Assembly: GCA_012026655.1 (NCBI GenBank)
Contig: JAAILG010000631.1
Coordinates: 1 to 64,000, forward strand
DNA: 64,000 nucleotides
Direction: 5' to 3'
From: Hydrolagus affinis
Lineage: Eukaryota
Position 1 is the first letter of the stretch, and every line of letters begins with the position of its first letter. The notes beneath the pieces were generated by a model. It saw nothing but the letters and a program-made list of their open reading frames with translations, ran no database searches and was not told where the DNA came from. The translations under genes and the position numbers were made by a program. Positions 37,655 through 49,876 of this stretch are shown in pieces.

Positions 37655-38140
37655 CCTGGAGCGACACTAAGTCATCAGAACTCAGGAAGAAACAGATTCA
37701 ATCCCTAGTCTATACTACCTTAGCTGATCTCAATAGTGAGGCAATGCGGGCACTGCAGGAGGCCTCAGAACACCTGAGCGAAGGAGAGAAAACACACCAA
37801 GTATCTGACTTTTGATAATTGATCTGTTTCACCCACCAAATTTGTTGTCAATTCACTTTACAGCATATTCTGTGACGCACTTTGACATGTCTCAATGACA
37901 TGATAAGGCACTATATCAAATGCAAGGAATATTATTAATATTAGTACAGTAGTAGTTTCTTGTTATTATTACCGTTTGATGTAAAATGCATTTTGGTGAA
38001 TGCAAAATTGGGTTTAATTGTGATGGCCCCTATGGGGACAGATTGCCTGCCCAAACTCCCTGTCTCAGCTCATACAGGAGCACATGAGAGATCAATCAGA
38101 GGTCAGAAATGATACCCCAACTAGCATCAATGTCCCCATC
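37655..38140 (+). mobile_element. Ancient SINE-like remnant (LmeSINE-like, tentative) interrupted by a younger SINE tail at about 37845-37940
   Basis: ttcaatccctagtct...ttagctgatctc...ggcctcag and ...tgtgatggcccc motifs, recalled from old gnathostome SINEs. Confidence 0.4.
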
Positions 38141-39469
38141 AGAGAACCACAAAAATATTAGTTGTGAAAATCAAACAAAAATCTTTTTACCAATGCAATG
38201 TTCATAATTCCTGGTCACATTGTCAGAAGTTCCAGGTAAACTAGGGAAAGAGTAAACTAGGGAAAGAGTCATTTCAAAGTATTTAACACTGACAGCCTCA
38301 AGTGACTAAATTCCTTTGATTCATTGCAAAATTCTTTGGTATGAATACTTCTCTTGAGAAAATCAATTCAGCTTGAATGAGGTTCAAGTAGGATTTTTTT
38401 TTTAAAAAACATTTTTTTCCTTTAAACCTAATGTATTTGTTTATGTGATGCAAAGATAATGTGAATATAAAGGCAAACCCTTCTTAAATGACAATAGGTT
38501 TGTTAAGAAAGAGAAATGACATTAGCACACCGGCTATTCTAAATTGCTGTACAGTACTTAATGGTTTGGGGATTTAAAAAACACAGCTTTGTTGTGGGAT
38601 TGGGTTGGTTAGAATTCACGGTCTTGTTGCTTAAGACATTCTGCCATATTTCTGCACATCCAAACCCTGTCTTTGTTTCCTGCCACTGTTTTTTTGTAAA
38701 AAAATGCAGGATTGTGTAAAAATGAAACTGCAAACAAACGCCCAACAATCGCCGATCTAATCAACATGGCTTTCTTTACTTGTTGGCTATTAGAGGGAAT
38801 GTTTTTTTTTTAAATTTAATTTTATTGTAAAAAAAACATACGAGAAACTCCAACCTTTGGGGGGAAAGCGTCAGAAATGAGCACAAAACAGAAATCCCAC
38901 ATAGGTCAGCAAAGAGCGATTCAGGTGAACGTTTGAGACAAATAATCCTCGTTCAGACCTGCAGCTAAAGACCCCCTGACTTGATGTTGTAACCCACCAG
39001 CAAACCAACACTGAAACCGCGTCCAGTGCGTTATACGAACCCAGAGAGATTGCACGGTGACACATTGCCCATGTAATGATCACACAAGGTGTGAAACCTC
39101 GGGAGGTTCAGTGTCAAATCCTGGAAAACGAGCCCACAAGCACGTGGCAAACAAATACATACACACATTAAATAAACAATAAAGATTTCACAGCAAAATA
39201 CAATTTGCGAGGTTCAGCAACAACTGAACCGAAAGTGGACAACGTTTCCACTGCGTTACATGTTAGACCAAGATTATTATTATTGTTAACTATGGAGTGG
39301 AGCTCTGTACACTTCTCTGGTGTGTGTGTGTGTTTTCTTCTGTCCATCGTAATTTATATTTCAGGGAGATAACAGATTTGTTCAGAAGGTAACCCGTGTT
39401 GCCGGTCTGCTCGTTCCCCTCCCTTGACCCTGTTGTCTCAGTGGACTGGCACTTGTCTGTGGAGCTTAC

Positions 39470-39529
39470 CTCAAACAGCTGGGGGATTTCTCGCCTTGAT
39501 AGATACTCCTTAGCCTCGGCTGTGTTCAT
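39470..39529 (-). CDS. AK5: AK5 first coding exon (MNTAEAKEYLSRREIPQLFE)
   Basis: gacATG...GAG|gtaag, 60 bp; matches the human AK5 N-terminus MNTNDAKEYLARREIPQLFE. Confidence 0.96.
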
Positions 39530-40060
39530 GTCTTCTGAGTGTGACAGAAGGAGTGGGTCGGGAATCAGTGTAACGGTGGTGTGAGCTAGACTACAGGCAG
39601 GCGGGGATCAGAGGGAGAACGCTCTCACATCTCACACGTGGGTATTTGAGCTAAGTGGAAACTGGATTCTGAACACCCAGCCTTTCCCTCCTCACTGATT
39701 TGCTGTATTATCAGTTTCACTCAGTGTGGTGTTTACCCACCCACTTCTGCTCAGCCCTATGACGGGAGCCTTGAGATTACAGGTGGCATTGCTGTTCCTG
39801 CAACAACCCAAGACCCGTTTGCTCACAATAGAATCATCCGATTAAACAGACCTGTGAAAGAATCTCTTATTAACTCAGGTCAAAATCAAGCAGCAGTGGA
39901 TGAAATCTAGTGGGGGGAAAGTGCTCTCCAAAGAGGTGTGGTCTGTCTCTCTCTCTCTCTCTCCCTGATCAGTCTAAACTCACTCACAGTGTAGACTTGA
40001 TAATGAGAAACCTATTGTATTTAAGGGGGGAGATCAGGGATCTTGTGCTAATTCATTCAA

Positions 40061-40380
40061 GTGAAGTCCTGTAGCTCAGTGGTTAGAGCATTCGCCTTAC
40101 AAGCGTGAGATCTGTGTTCAAATCCAGGCAGGTCAGAGCGAAACCTTGGGCGAGTTTCCTCACTCCACACACCTAATAATAATCCTTACAAAAAAAACGC
40201 ACGATAATAAAATTGATCATTTCGATCCACGACTGTTTGTGGGACACTGCTGTGAGCAATTGGCTGCTGCATTTCTCACACGAATGTACAGTCAATTAAC
40301 TTTGCAGTATATTCTGTGAAGCGCTTTGAGTCGTCTAAAAGATGTGAAAAGCGCTATATCAAATGCAAGGATTATTATTA
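40061..40380 (+). mobile_element. Full-length tRNA-derived SINE (A box TAGCTCAGTGG, B box GTTCAAATCC, L2-like tail, (ATT)n)
   Basis: Complete copy of the dominant family. Confidence 0.92.
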
Positions 40381-41477
40381 AAGTATCAGTTTCTAAAAAA
40401 AAATCTGGTAAATAAATATATATATAATATATATATGTGTTATTTTGGGTGTGTAACTATAATCCTAAAATGACTTACCAAAAACTGTCTCAAGACGACT
40501 CTTAATTGAGCTGATCTTTCAACTACTGTTATTTATAATGCCTATAAAGTGTCAGACTTCAGATCATTGGCATGACAATCCCAGTTGGTAATTTGGTTGA
40601 ATTACTGCAATGAACTGCAATGGACTGGAATTGATCCAGCAATCATCTTTTGGACTTTTTTCTGAATCTCCCTTGTTTGCTGCTCAGTCCTAGCTGTCAC
40701 AGGGATTTGGATCCAGCGCCTTCTGGAATAACACCCCACTGATCCAATGTCAAATCGAGTCTCAGCACAAAATCAGTATCATTGTTCCACCTTCTCCAAC
40801 TTTACTCCCCAATTCAGTAAAATATAATCCTTCAATATAGCATTGACATGTCAGGAGAATATTTTAAAGTGCTTCACATGATTTACTGTGCAGTGACTAA
40901 ACATACAGTCAATTCACTTTACAGTATATTCTGTGAAGTGCTACGAGACGTCGTAAAGACGTGATCATGTACTATATTAAACGCAAGGATTATTATTATT
41001 TTCCAGTAATAGAAGGGTGAGAATTTCTAACAAGTGGGGATGCCTAGCTTTGCCTCTGAGTTAAATACTCCAACATGAACCATTTTTTAAATTTTACTGT
41101 ATCTGAGAATATTAACATTAAATGCATTATACATGTTACACTTCTTAATTTTTCTCTGTTATGCATCTGTATTTCAGTCCTAGAGCCTAACATTTCTGTT
41201 CAAACATAAACGTAACCTATCAACAAAACAACAGGCAGTGCAAACCTATCCTCGAAGAGTATTTGAAGAATGTACAGGTATATGCATGTTGCGAGCGATG
41301 TGCGTTCCGAATCGCTGCCCCGTATGAAGGGACCTGTATAAATACAAGTTGTTGTTGATGTATGATCGGTAATTTGAGGCCATTTTCTAAAGAACAAATT
41401 TGCGACTGACATTTTGTCAATCTTTGTAGGTATCAGACGTGGAAAGCAAAGCAAGAATGGTGCCAAGTGTGATGTAC

Positions 41478-41603
41478 AAAACACAAAATACTGCAGATGC
41501 TGGAAATCTGACGAAGGGTCATGGACCCGAAACGTTGACTCATTTTCCTTTCTCCATAATTGCTGCCTGACCTGCTGAGTTTCCCAGCTCTCTCTGTTTT
41601 TGC
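41478..41603 (+). mobile_element. Penelope-like element terminal-repeat remnant containing a minimal hammerhead ribozyme core (41508-41536)
   Basis: aaatactgcagatgctggaaatCTGACGAaGGGTCatgGACCCGAAACGTTgac...gctgcctgacctgctgagt. Confidence 0.7.
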
Positions 41604-41991
41604 AAAGCGTAATGTGTTTGACAATCTATGTGAAAACTTGTTGATTGCGCCTCTTGGAGGACTTTGGGATGAAAAGTGTAGCCACTTGGAGCAGGAGTCA
41701 ATCTTCATCCGCCTAAAAAAAAACAGCCACTACACTATACTACACAGTGAATCCTATGAAGTACTTTGAAACATCCACCTCATGTGAAAGATGTCATACA
41801 AAACATAAGGATTATTTAATTATTAATAGTAGTGACTCCAAGTCACCTACAAAATACACAGTCAAATCACTTTAAGGTATATTTTGTGAAGCACTTTGAG
41901 ATGTCTCAAAGATGCGATAATTGATATCAAATGTAAGGATTAAAATATTATTAGTGATTCCTCCTGATAATGAGATGTTTGCCACACTAAC

Positions 41992-42304
41992 AGTCCTGTA
42001 GCTCAATGTTTAGAACACTCGCCTTACAAGTGTGAGACCTGTATTCGAATCAAGGCAGGTCAGGGCAAAATCTTGGGCAAGTTTCCCTATTCCACACGCC
42101 AAATAATAATGCCTCCCCCCAAAAATTGGTCATTTCAATCCACGACTGTTTGTGGGAGATACTGCTGTGCACAATTGGCTGCCACGTTTCACCCAAAAGT
42201 ATACAGTCAATTCACTTTACAGTATATTCTGTTAGGCGCTTTGAGGTGTCTAGACGTGAAAAGCGCTATATCAAATGAAATTATTATTATTATCATTATT
42301 ATTA
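41992..42304 (+). mobile_element. Full-length SINE, with further 3' fragments at about 40900-41000 and 41850-41955
   Basis: agtcctgtagctcaatg...gcgctatatcaaatg...(ATT)n. Confidence 0.9.
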
Positions 42305-42959
42305 TGAACACACGAGGGCTCTGTTGGTCCCAACATATGCTCTCGGTTATTAGAGCTGTGTGTTGCCTGGGCCACTTGAAGAACACGAAAAATGTTCCAA
42401 CTAACAATACATTTAAAATATTTCACTTGTAATGGTGTTGTGCCTTGTTTTTCATTCTGATACTTTAATAAACCCTCATTATTGTGAAGCTACCTAGTTG
42501 AGATTAAGTCGGGTAAGGTAGTGAGAGTGGTTTTATTGGCTATTTTGCATTATGCGCCTCTTTATAGTCTTACAACAACAACTTGTATTTATATTATTAT
42601 ACAGCGCCCTTCACGAGAGATAGTGTCCCCGAGCGCTTTTTAATTAACCGAGGGAGATTCCATGAAATATCAATAGAAACGCCTAAAAAGACCTTATGCG
42701 GCTTTATTATGCATTATTCCAAATATTGGAAAAATAACAATTTGTTGATGTTAACCCGAAAGGTCAAATCATTGATTAAAAAAGGTGCTTAGAAAAATAC
42801 TGTCACTTAATATAGACCCTGCCACCAATTACACTGTGTAGAGAAGCCCCCCCCCCCCCTTTTGGTTCAACAGCAGGTTGTGTAATTAAGCTGCAGCAAC
42901 AGTAACACAGTCAGTCAGTGGGGGCTCTGCTGGTGCCCAGTGGGGAGGGGGCGGTTGGA

Positions 42960-43035
42960 GTGAAGGCGGAACTAAAGTCCAGGGCGAGTTGGCGGACCCG
43001 GAACTTCCGGTCCCGTTGTGGGTGAAGATGGCGGC
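42960..43035 (+). promoter_or_regulatory. PIGK housekeeping-type CpG-rich promoter: palindromic ETS sites CCGGAACTTCCGG (42998-43010) and a YY1 motif AAGATGGCGGC over the ATG
   Basis: Motifs seen directly; local CpG enrichment; no TATA box. Confidence 0.7.
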
Positions 43036-43126
43036 GCCCGTGGCCCGGCTCCCTGTCTGGCAGCTGCTGCTTTTACTCGGTGTTTTCACGTTTAGAGGAA
43101 CAGCGGCAGCGACGGGGGAAGTGGAG
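43028..43126 (+). CDS. PIGK: PIGK exon 1, signal peptide (MAAPVARLPVWQLLLLLGVFTFRGTAAATGEVE)
   Basis: Strong Kozak aagATGG, hydrophobic core, GAG|gtagg, 99 bp in phase 0 with exon 2. Confidence 0.88.
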
Positions 43127-43253
43127 GTAGGGAGGGGGGGGGTCCGGCCTCCAGCCTGGTGGGGGAGAGATGGGGGATGAAGTGGTGGGTGGGGGGGAGG
43201 CATGGACGTGGGGGAGGAATGGTAGAGGGGGGAGAGTGATGGAGGAGGGTAGG

Positions 43254-43485
43254 ATAATAATAAGAATAATCCTGGCATTTGATATATTGCTTTTCGCGAC
43301 TTCTAGACGCCTCAAAGCGCTTCACACAATGAATTCACACTAAAGTGAACCGAATGTATATTTGTGGGCGAAACGCGGCAGCCGATTGTGGATTGAAATG
43401 ACCAATTTTATTAGTTATTTTCTGACTGGATTATTATTAAGCATGTGGAGTAAGGAAACTCGCCCAAGGTTTTCACCCTGCCGGG
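43254..43485 (-). mobile_element. SINE with an internal deletion
   Basis: ataataataagaataatcc...gtggagtaaggaaactcgcccaagg. Confidence 0.8.
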
Positions 43486-43914
43486 TTGGACTGTGTGGGG
43501 GGGGGGGTGGAGGGTGGTGGGGGGGTGGGGGTTTGCTTCAGCCACTGACGCATTTGGTGGAGGAGGAAACAGTTGGTTTAAGTTTCAGCTGAATTTGACA
43601 AATAATAATATCGATGATGATGATCATCCTGACACTTCTATTGCGCACCACGAAAATATGCAATCAATTCACTTTACAGTGTGTCCTGTGAAGAGGTTTG
43701 TGATGCCTCGAAGATATGAATGAGGCCATCGCATCAAATGCAAGCATTTTTATTTTACAGTAATAGTAATAATAGTGTTATTATCACCACTGTTCACAGG
43801 GTTCACTTTGAAGCGTAGTGTCTCTGCTTACCATCTAAATGTGGCAGCCGCGGAGGGTCTGGGCTTGGAATTACTCCCCTCCAACACGATAAACACAAAC
43901 CCCCTCCCCACACA

Positions 43915-44290
43915 CACAACAAAATTACATTTGCATAGCGTCTTTCACGTCAGCAGGATATCCCAAGGTGCTGGACAGTCAGTGTTTTCTTCCCGAGGTG
44001 GGGTCGGGTTTAGGGAGTGGAGGGTGGGGGGGGGGGGGGGAAGGGTGGTGACTGATGGCACGGTCGAAGTAGTGGGTCTTGAAGCAGCATTTGAAGGATG
44101 CTCATCTCCTTGAAGTGGCTGAAGGTTTGCTTTCCGATGGGGGATGTGAAGCAGGCCGGAGCCCCCTGAGTGGAGGGAACGGACAGGCTGGGAGGGCGTT
44201 AAGTGGGGCAAGGCCATGGAGAGCATTGAAGGTGAGGACCAGGACCTTGAATTGAATCCTCTGTGTGATAGGAAGCCAATGGTGTCAGGC
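43915..44290 (-). mobile_element. L2-like 3' fragment
   Basis: caacaaaattacatttgcatagcg...ccttgaattgaatcctctgtgtgataggaagccaatgg. Confidence 0.65.
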
Positions 44291-45370
44291 AAGAAAGGGG
44301 GTGATAGGTTTGTAACAGAAACAAAGTGTACACAAATAATTATATCAAACAATACAGAAATGTGTTGAATTTCCAGAGATTTATTTCATAATTTTGAGAT
44401 CTGGAGTGAATTGATTGGGCCAAATTAAGTTGAAAGAATTCTGGAGTATGGTTAGGTAACAAACTTTTTTCCTGTATATTCAGATCAATTGAACTGAAAA
44501 GTTGCACAACCCCACAAAATGCCGTACTTCATAACATGTATATAATGATGTGTTCTAATATTCCCAATTGCAGGAGACTTGAGCAATCTCCTGTAGATAT
44601 TGAGGAAACAATATGAGCCCAGCTGCCACAGTTAATGAAATTGGAAAATTGGTATGGTACAAATGAGATGAGATTCATTGGCACCCAAAGCTTAACATAC
44701 TGTAGTTTGTTTCAACCGAATTCTTCAGAAAAATCAACATTTAATCATTACTACCATTATATTCACTTCATGGCTGTTTTGGGGGTCATTGCTGTGCTAG
44801 GCTGCTGTGCTGGTCTACAAATATGTAGTCACTGCTAAAATTGTGTGAAGTACTTTGAGGCATCTCGATGATGTGATAAGGTGCTAAATAAAATGCAAGA
44901 ATTATTATTATTAAGTTGAGGTCACATTTTTGTACCTTCTGCACAAAACCTCCATTGTAAGCTTAATATAGTACTAATATATTATTAACTTGTTTACAAA
45001 CAAGAAACACAAAAACTAAAATGTGGATTGTGTTTTGATGCTGGAATACTCTAAGCACATGGATCTATACTCCAGCCTGCAACATTCTCTCTAACATTTA
45101 CTAATTTCAGAATGCCCCCTCCCACCCCTCCACTTCGGTTGAATGTGACATTAATTGAAAAATGGCTAGATCTCATACAATTTAGAATTGCAATTTTAAA
45201 AGTAAAATTATTTTTTGTTGGTTTCAGAACAAAAATGGCCAACAAAAGACTTCATGATTTCAGATCAAATAGAGGAAACAAAAATGTGCAATATATTCCT
45301 TATAAGGCTCTTTTTAAAATTTGTCTTCTGAATATTTTGATTTTCTTTTTTTTCTTTTTTATTCATACAG

Positions 45371-45424
45371 GCTCAAGCAAAGCAATTTTTCAGAAATGGC
45401 CATACAAATAATTGGGCCATACTG
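45371..45424 (+). CDS. PIGK: PIGK exon 2 (AQAKQFFRNGHTNNWAIL)
   Basis: acag|GCT...CTG|gtgag, 54 bp; HTNNWA is the GPI8/legumain-family motif. Confidence 0.96.
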
Positions 45425-46240
45425 GTGAGTTAATCAAATCACTGGAAAAATGTGTGATTATAGCGGAACTCTCTGTCTTATATTGATATTTATCACGTAA
45501 CCTAATTTCTCCTGGCGCATCTATTTGTATAAATGTTTGCTGAATTATGTAAGAAGGAGACCTACATCAGTTAGTTGGGGAATTGATGTCTCATACCAAC
45601 CAATAAAGTGACAAATGGGGGTATGAAGCCTGTTGTGTCTGTTAGCGAACCAGGTGCTGCCTGAAGAATGGGGTCAGGCTACTGTTGAGGGAATACCTCA
45701 TCGTAATTCTTTAAACATTTTAAGATTCGCAGTGACATTTGGGCCAGATTAACATTGCTCTGCCTTTCATTATTTTTTTCATGAACTTATTGTGATAAAA
45801 CAAATAGGATAAAGAATAGAGGTCTTTTAATCTGTATTCCAATATGTTTAAGGGCCTCATTGGCAGCCTGTTTGAGTCTCTTGCACTTTTGTTCTTTGTT
45901 AATCCTCCATTTGTGGCTGGCTTTCAAGACTGGAGTCCTTCATTTTAATTTTCTCTCCTTTGTTGCAGCATCTGTAGTTCACTATTTCTTAATTCCAGAG
46001 TGTCTATAAGATAGTCTAAGTATATCGATCAAAATAACTTCTTTCATGAAGTCTTTTGTAGGTAATAACAACAAATTGGAGTTCAACAACACATATTGAT
46101 TGTTGTGGGTGCACTTGCTTCAGCACGTAAGCTGATTCGTGAGGATAATATACAAATTATTTTCCTATTAAAATAAGTAACCTTACATGTGAACCACTAC
46201 CTGTGACCTCCTCTTAATTGCTCTGCTCTCCTGTTACAAG

Positions 46241-46332
46241 GTGTGCACATCTCGATTCTGGTTCAACTATCGCCATGTGGCCAATACATTATCAATTTAT
46301 AGAAGTGTCAAAAGACTAGGAATCCCAGACAG
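46241..46332 (+). CDS. PIGK: PIGK exon 3 ([31 protein letters not shown])
   Basis: aag|GTG...AG|gtaag, 92 bp. Confidence 0.97.
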
Positions 46333-47214
46333 GTAAGAAAAACAAATATTTGTTGCAGTGGCTGTATTGTTCCTTTTCTGTATCATTTCATAAAGAAAAC
46401 ACTGAAAATGTGCTGTTTAATTATACAAAGAAAACCTCATGTTACACTCTGGAGCCTTGAAATTATTTTGTTTTATTAAGAGTAGCAGCTTTAAAGTTTT
46501 TTACGTTATGCGTTTCCACTTCTTCGAGGAACAATCCTCTTTGCTCGGGTTCTGACTTTTTGTTTTGCCTGCCTCAATTCAACCGCTTCTTCTGACACTA
46601 ATTTCAGAGTTATTGAACGCAAGTTTTAAATGGGTAAGCATAGTACTCTGAACTCTAAAGCATAAGGCAAGATGTTATCTTTGCTATGTTAAGCTGTTTT
46701 CCGAACCAATTTTGTTTTCAGGTAGCTCTTACTTTCACAAGACAAAAGGAGGTGATAATTTTAGAACGGTGTCAATTTCATTTCAAGTTCGACCATGTGT
46801 TTGAAAGAGTGCTTAAGAGCTTTAGCGGATTACACAGGCATGTAATTGTCCTGTGCTCCGCTCCGCTGGATGCACTGAGATATAGCCCATAGCAGGAACT
46901 TCTGGTGTTTCATAGAAACTGTTATCATCATTGAATTCAGTACATGAATGTTAAAATCTAGTTCACGGTATTTGTTGATTGCAAAAAGCAATCAACAAGA
47001 TGAATGCGTTCCTGCAGTTTATCACAAGCGATCCTGGAATGTAAAAGCAAGAGGGTACTATAGCAGTTGCACAGAGCAGGATTTTCCAATGTGTTAGCTG
47101 CAAGGCAGACATTGGTAAATTGGGGTTACAAATGTGGCAAAATTGTACTTTTTGATTTGTAAATGAGTAACAGTGGGCATGTGATCTCTGTCCAGAAGGT
47201 AAACGTCTGATCTT

Positions 47215-47355
47215 GTTGCGGCGTTTAAGATAATGAAGGGAATTGACAATTGCGATAGAGAAAGACTCTTCCCTCTGGTGGAAAGATCAAAATAAGAGGA
47301 GGCAGCTTCAAGCGAGAGGCTGAAGAATATCCTACTCCTGTTCCTATGTTCCTGA
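47215..47355 (+). mobile_element. CR1 fragment
   Basis: gcgtttaagataatgaaggga...gatagagaaagactcttccctctggtgg...cctactcctgttcctatgttcct. Confidence 0.6.
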
Positions 47356-47495
47356 GAACGTTTACCTTTCAGAGCCTTGGGACGTCCTGTATATGTCACT
47401 ATATGAATTGCCAAGTGTGAAAATAACAGTAAAAATCCTTTAGGTCTGATTTTCCGTAAAGCTAAAGTTGATGCTGTTGACCTATTTAATTTTAG

Positions 47496-47631
47496 CCACA
47501 TTGTGTTGATGCTAGCAGATGACATGGCATGTAACCCTCGAAACCCCAAACCTGCCACTGTATTCAGCCACAAAAACATGGAGCTGAATGTGTATGGAGA
47601 TGATGTCGAGGTAGACTTCCGAGGCTACGAG
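47496..47631 (+). CDS. PIGK: PIGK exon 4 ([23 protein letters not shown]...VDFRGYE)
   Basis: ttag|C CAC...GAG|gtatg, 136 bp; includes the Cys that bonds to PIGT (ACNPRN). Confidence 0.97.
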
Positions 47632-47752
47632 GTATGAAGTTATTCTTCATGGAGATGTTGGTTTAAAGTGGAAAGGACTTTAGCTTTTATAATTCAAACA
47701 AAAAACATGACATCAAACCTCTTCTAATCTTTGTAAAAATTGTTTGCATCAG

Positions 47753-47864
47753 GTTACGGTTGAGAATTTTTTGCGCGTGTTAACAGGACGACTTCCTCCC
47801 AGCACTCCTCGATCCAAACGTCTTCTTTCAGATGACAGAAGTAATATCCTTATTTATATGACCG
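47753..47864 (+). CDS. PIGK: PIGK exon 5 (VTVENFLRVLTGRLPPSTPRSKRLLSDDRSNILIYMT)
   Basis: cag|GTT...ACC G|gtatg, 112 bp. Confidence 0.97.
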
Positions 47865-48155
47865 GTATGTACATGGAATTTCAACCACTTTCGATCAGAT
47901 ATATTTTCTTCGTCTTCCGTCAAATTATACATCATTATAGTGAGAGGTGGCGATGCTAAGGAATGATGCATTTTCTTATCTTCACACAAGGAGATATCGT
48001 GTGCTGAGTATTCTATAATTATGGACAGCATGGCTCTTGTGCAGTGTAAACTTTATTTGGGAATTCTGACTTTTTGAAGGACTGCAGGATACCTGCAGAG
48101 AGACAATAACAGACAGTTGTAAAACCTAATCTGTGATTTTTTTTTTACAATCCAG

Positions 48156-48252
48156 GTCACGGTGGGAATGGTTTCCTAAAATTCCAGGATTCTGAAGAAA
48201 TTACGAACGTTGAACTTGGGGATGCATTCGAGCAGATGTGGCAAAAGAGAAG
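48156..48252 (+). CDS. PIGK: PIGK exon 6, catalytic His (GHGGNGFLKFQDSEEITNVELGDAFEQMWQKR)
   Basis: ccag|GT CAC...AG|gtgaa, 97 bp. Confidence 0.97.
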
Positions 48253-48316
48253 GTGAAGTGAAGACCGATAGTGTTAGATAAATACAGAATTATTAAATTG
48301 GCTGTGTTTTAGTTTG

Positions 48317-49450
48317 AACAACAACAGCTTCAATTTATATAGCGCCCTCCACGCCAGACGGCGTCTCAGAGCGCTTCACAATAGCGGATCCTGGGACTGA
48401 GCCAGGGGCAGGGGTAGAAAGGTGACCAAAGGCGCAGTCGAAGAGAAAGGTCTTTAGCTGTGACCTGAAACTGGGAAGAGAGGGGGCGAGGCGAAGGGAG
48501 TGAGGAAGGGAGTTCCAGAGCCTCAGGGCGTAGTGGCTGAAGGCACGGCCGCTGAGGGTGGACCGGAGAGTTCGGGGGACATGGAGGAGGCCAGACCCAG
48601 AGGAGCGAAGGCAGCGGGTGCTGGATTGGGGAGAAAGGAGATCAGAGAGTTAGGGGGTTGCAGAGGAGTGGAGGGACTTGAAAACAAGGGTGAGGATCTT
48701 GAAGTCGATCCTCTCAGGGACAGGGAGCCAGTGAAGTCTGTCAAGGACTGGGGTAATGGGAGAGCGAAGCTTGGTGCGGGTGAGTATGCGGGTGGCTGAG
48801 TTTTGAATTAGCTGGATTTTGTGGATTGTGGTAGCGGAGAGACCGACGAGGAGGGCGTTGCAGTAGTCCAGCCGAGAGATGACAAAGGCATGAACCAAGG
48901 TCTCAGTGGCTTTTGGGGTGAGATGTTGCCAGAGATGGGCGATCCGTTGGAGGTGGTAGAAGGCGATGCTGGTGAGGGACAGGATGTGGGGGAGGAAAGA
49001 CAGTTGGGGGTCGAACCTGACGTCTAGGTTGTGCACAGGTTCGGAGAGTTTTAGGGGCGGGCCGGGAAGGTGGAGGAGGTGAGAGCCATGCGAATGGAGA
49101 CGTTGACGAGAACCAAAGAGTATGGCCTCCATCTTGTCAACATTCAGCTGCAAGAAATTTACGCTCATCCAGCTCCTGATGTCTGACAGGTAGGATGGCA
49201 GAACATCAGGGGACTGGGGGTTGCAAAGTGAAGTGGAGAAATAGAGTTGGGTGTCATCACGTACATGTGGAAGTGTGCCCCATGTCTGTGGATGACATCC
49301 CCAAGAGGGAGCATATAGATGAGGAAGAGGAGGGGGCCAAGGATGGATCCCTGGGGTACCCCACAGGGAACTGGGTAAGAGCGGGAGGAAAAGCTGTTTG
49401 TGGAGATGTACTGCTGGCGGTTTGTGAGATAGGGCTCGAACAGGGCTAGG
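48317..49450 (-). mobile_element. 5'-truncated L2 LINE with frameshifted reverse transcriptase remnant and (TTG)n tail
   Basis: ORFs 49165-49491 (GVPQGSILGPLLFLIYMLPLG) and 48650-49168 (LVHAFVISRLDYCNALL...LHWLPV..RIDFKI); tail at 48317-48380. Confidence 0.93.
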
Positions 49451-49827
49451 CTTGACTGAACAGATGCTAGGGTAATTTGCACCAAATCCAACAGTTTTTC
49501 ATTAAAAACAGTGCTGCAAGTCTACAAAATTCCATAGATTTTCTGTGCAACCACAGCAATTAGCAGCTGCGAGTCTCAACTCTCATTGGCTATGTTTTCT
49601 GTGATGTATTTTTTGGTCGTATTAAAATGCAGTATTATTAGCCCTTTCACATTTAAGTATGTTAGTATTAAAAATGTCATTGCGTGTAAATGTGATCATC
49701 ATATCACATTTTAAATGTGTTAAAGAATTATTGCAAGTTGTCACTTAACATAGACTAAACAATGACAATCTAGGGCAATGTTGCTTGTTCAAACTTGCAG
49801 AATCTGTCAGAAGCCATTTTTAAGAAA

Positions 49828-49876
49828 AGTGGTTTTAAGACAAGACCAGCTTATCTGGTCTTGCCTTAAAACCACT
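49828..49876. repeat. Inverted repeat, 22-bp arms (21/22), 5-nt loop
   Basis: agtggttttaagacaagaccag-cttat-ctggtcttgccttaaaaccact. Confidence 0.9.

Noticed and set aside
38237-38270. 16-bp tandem duplication (gtaaactagggaaaga)x2
   Set aside because: Ordinary slippage duplication
40061-40135. tRNA gene (A and B boxes, anticodon-like loop)
   Set aside because: It is the head of the dispersed SINE; it runs straight into the SINE body and has no proper acceptor stem
48650-49491. Intact reverse transcriptase gene
   Set aside because: 5'-truncated and frameshifted, and the YADD motif is disrupted; dead L2 copy
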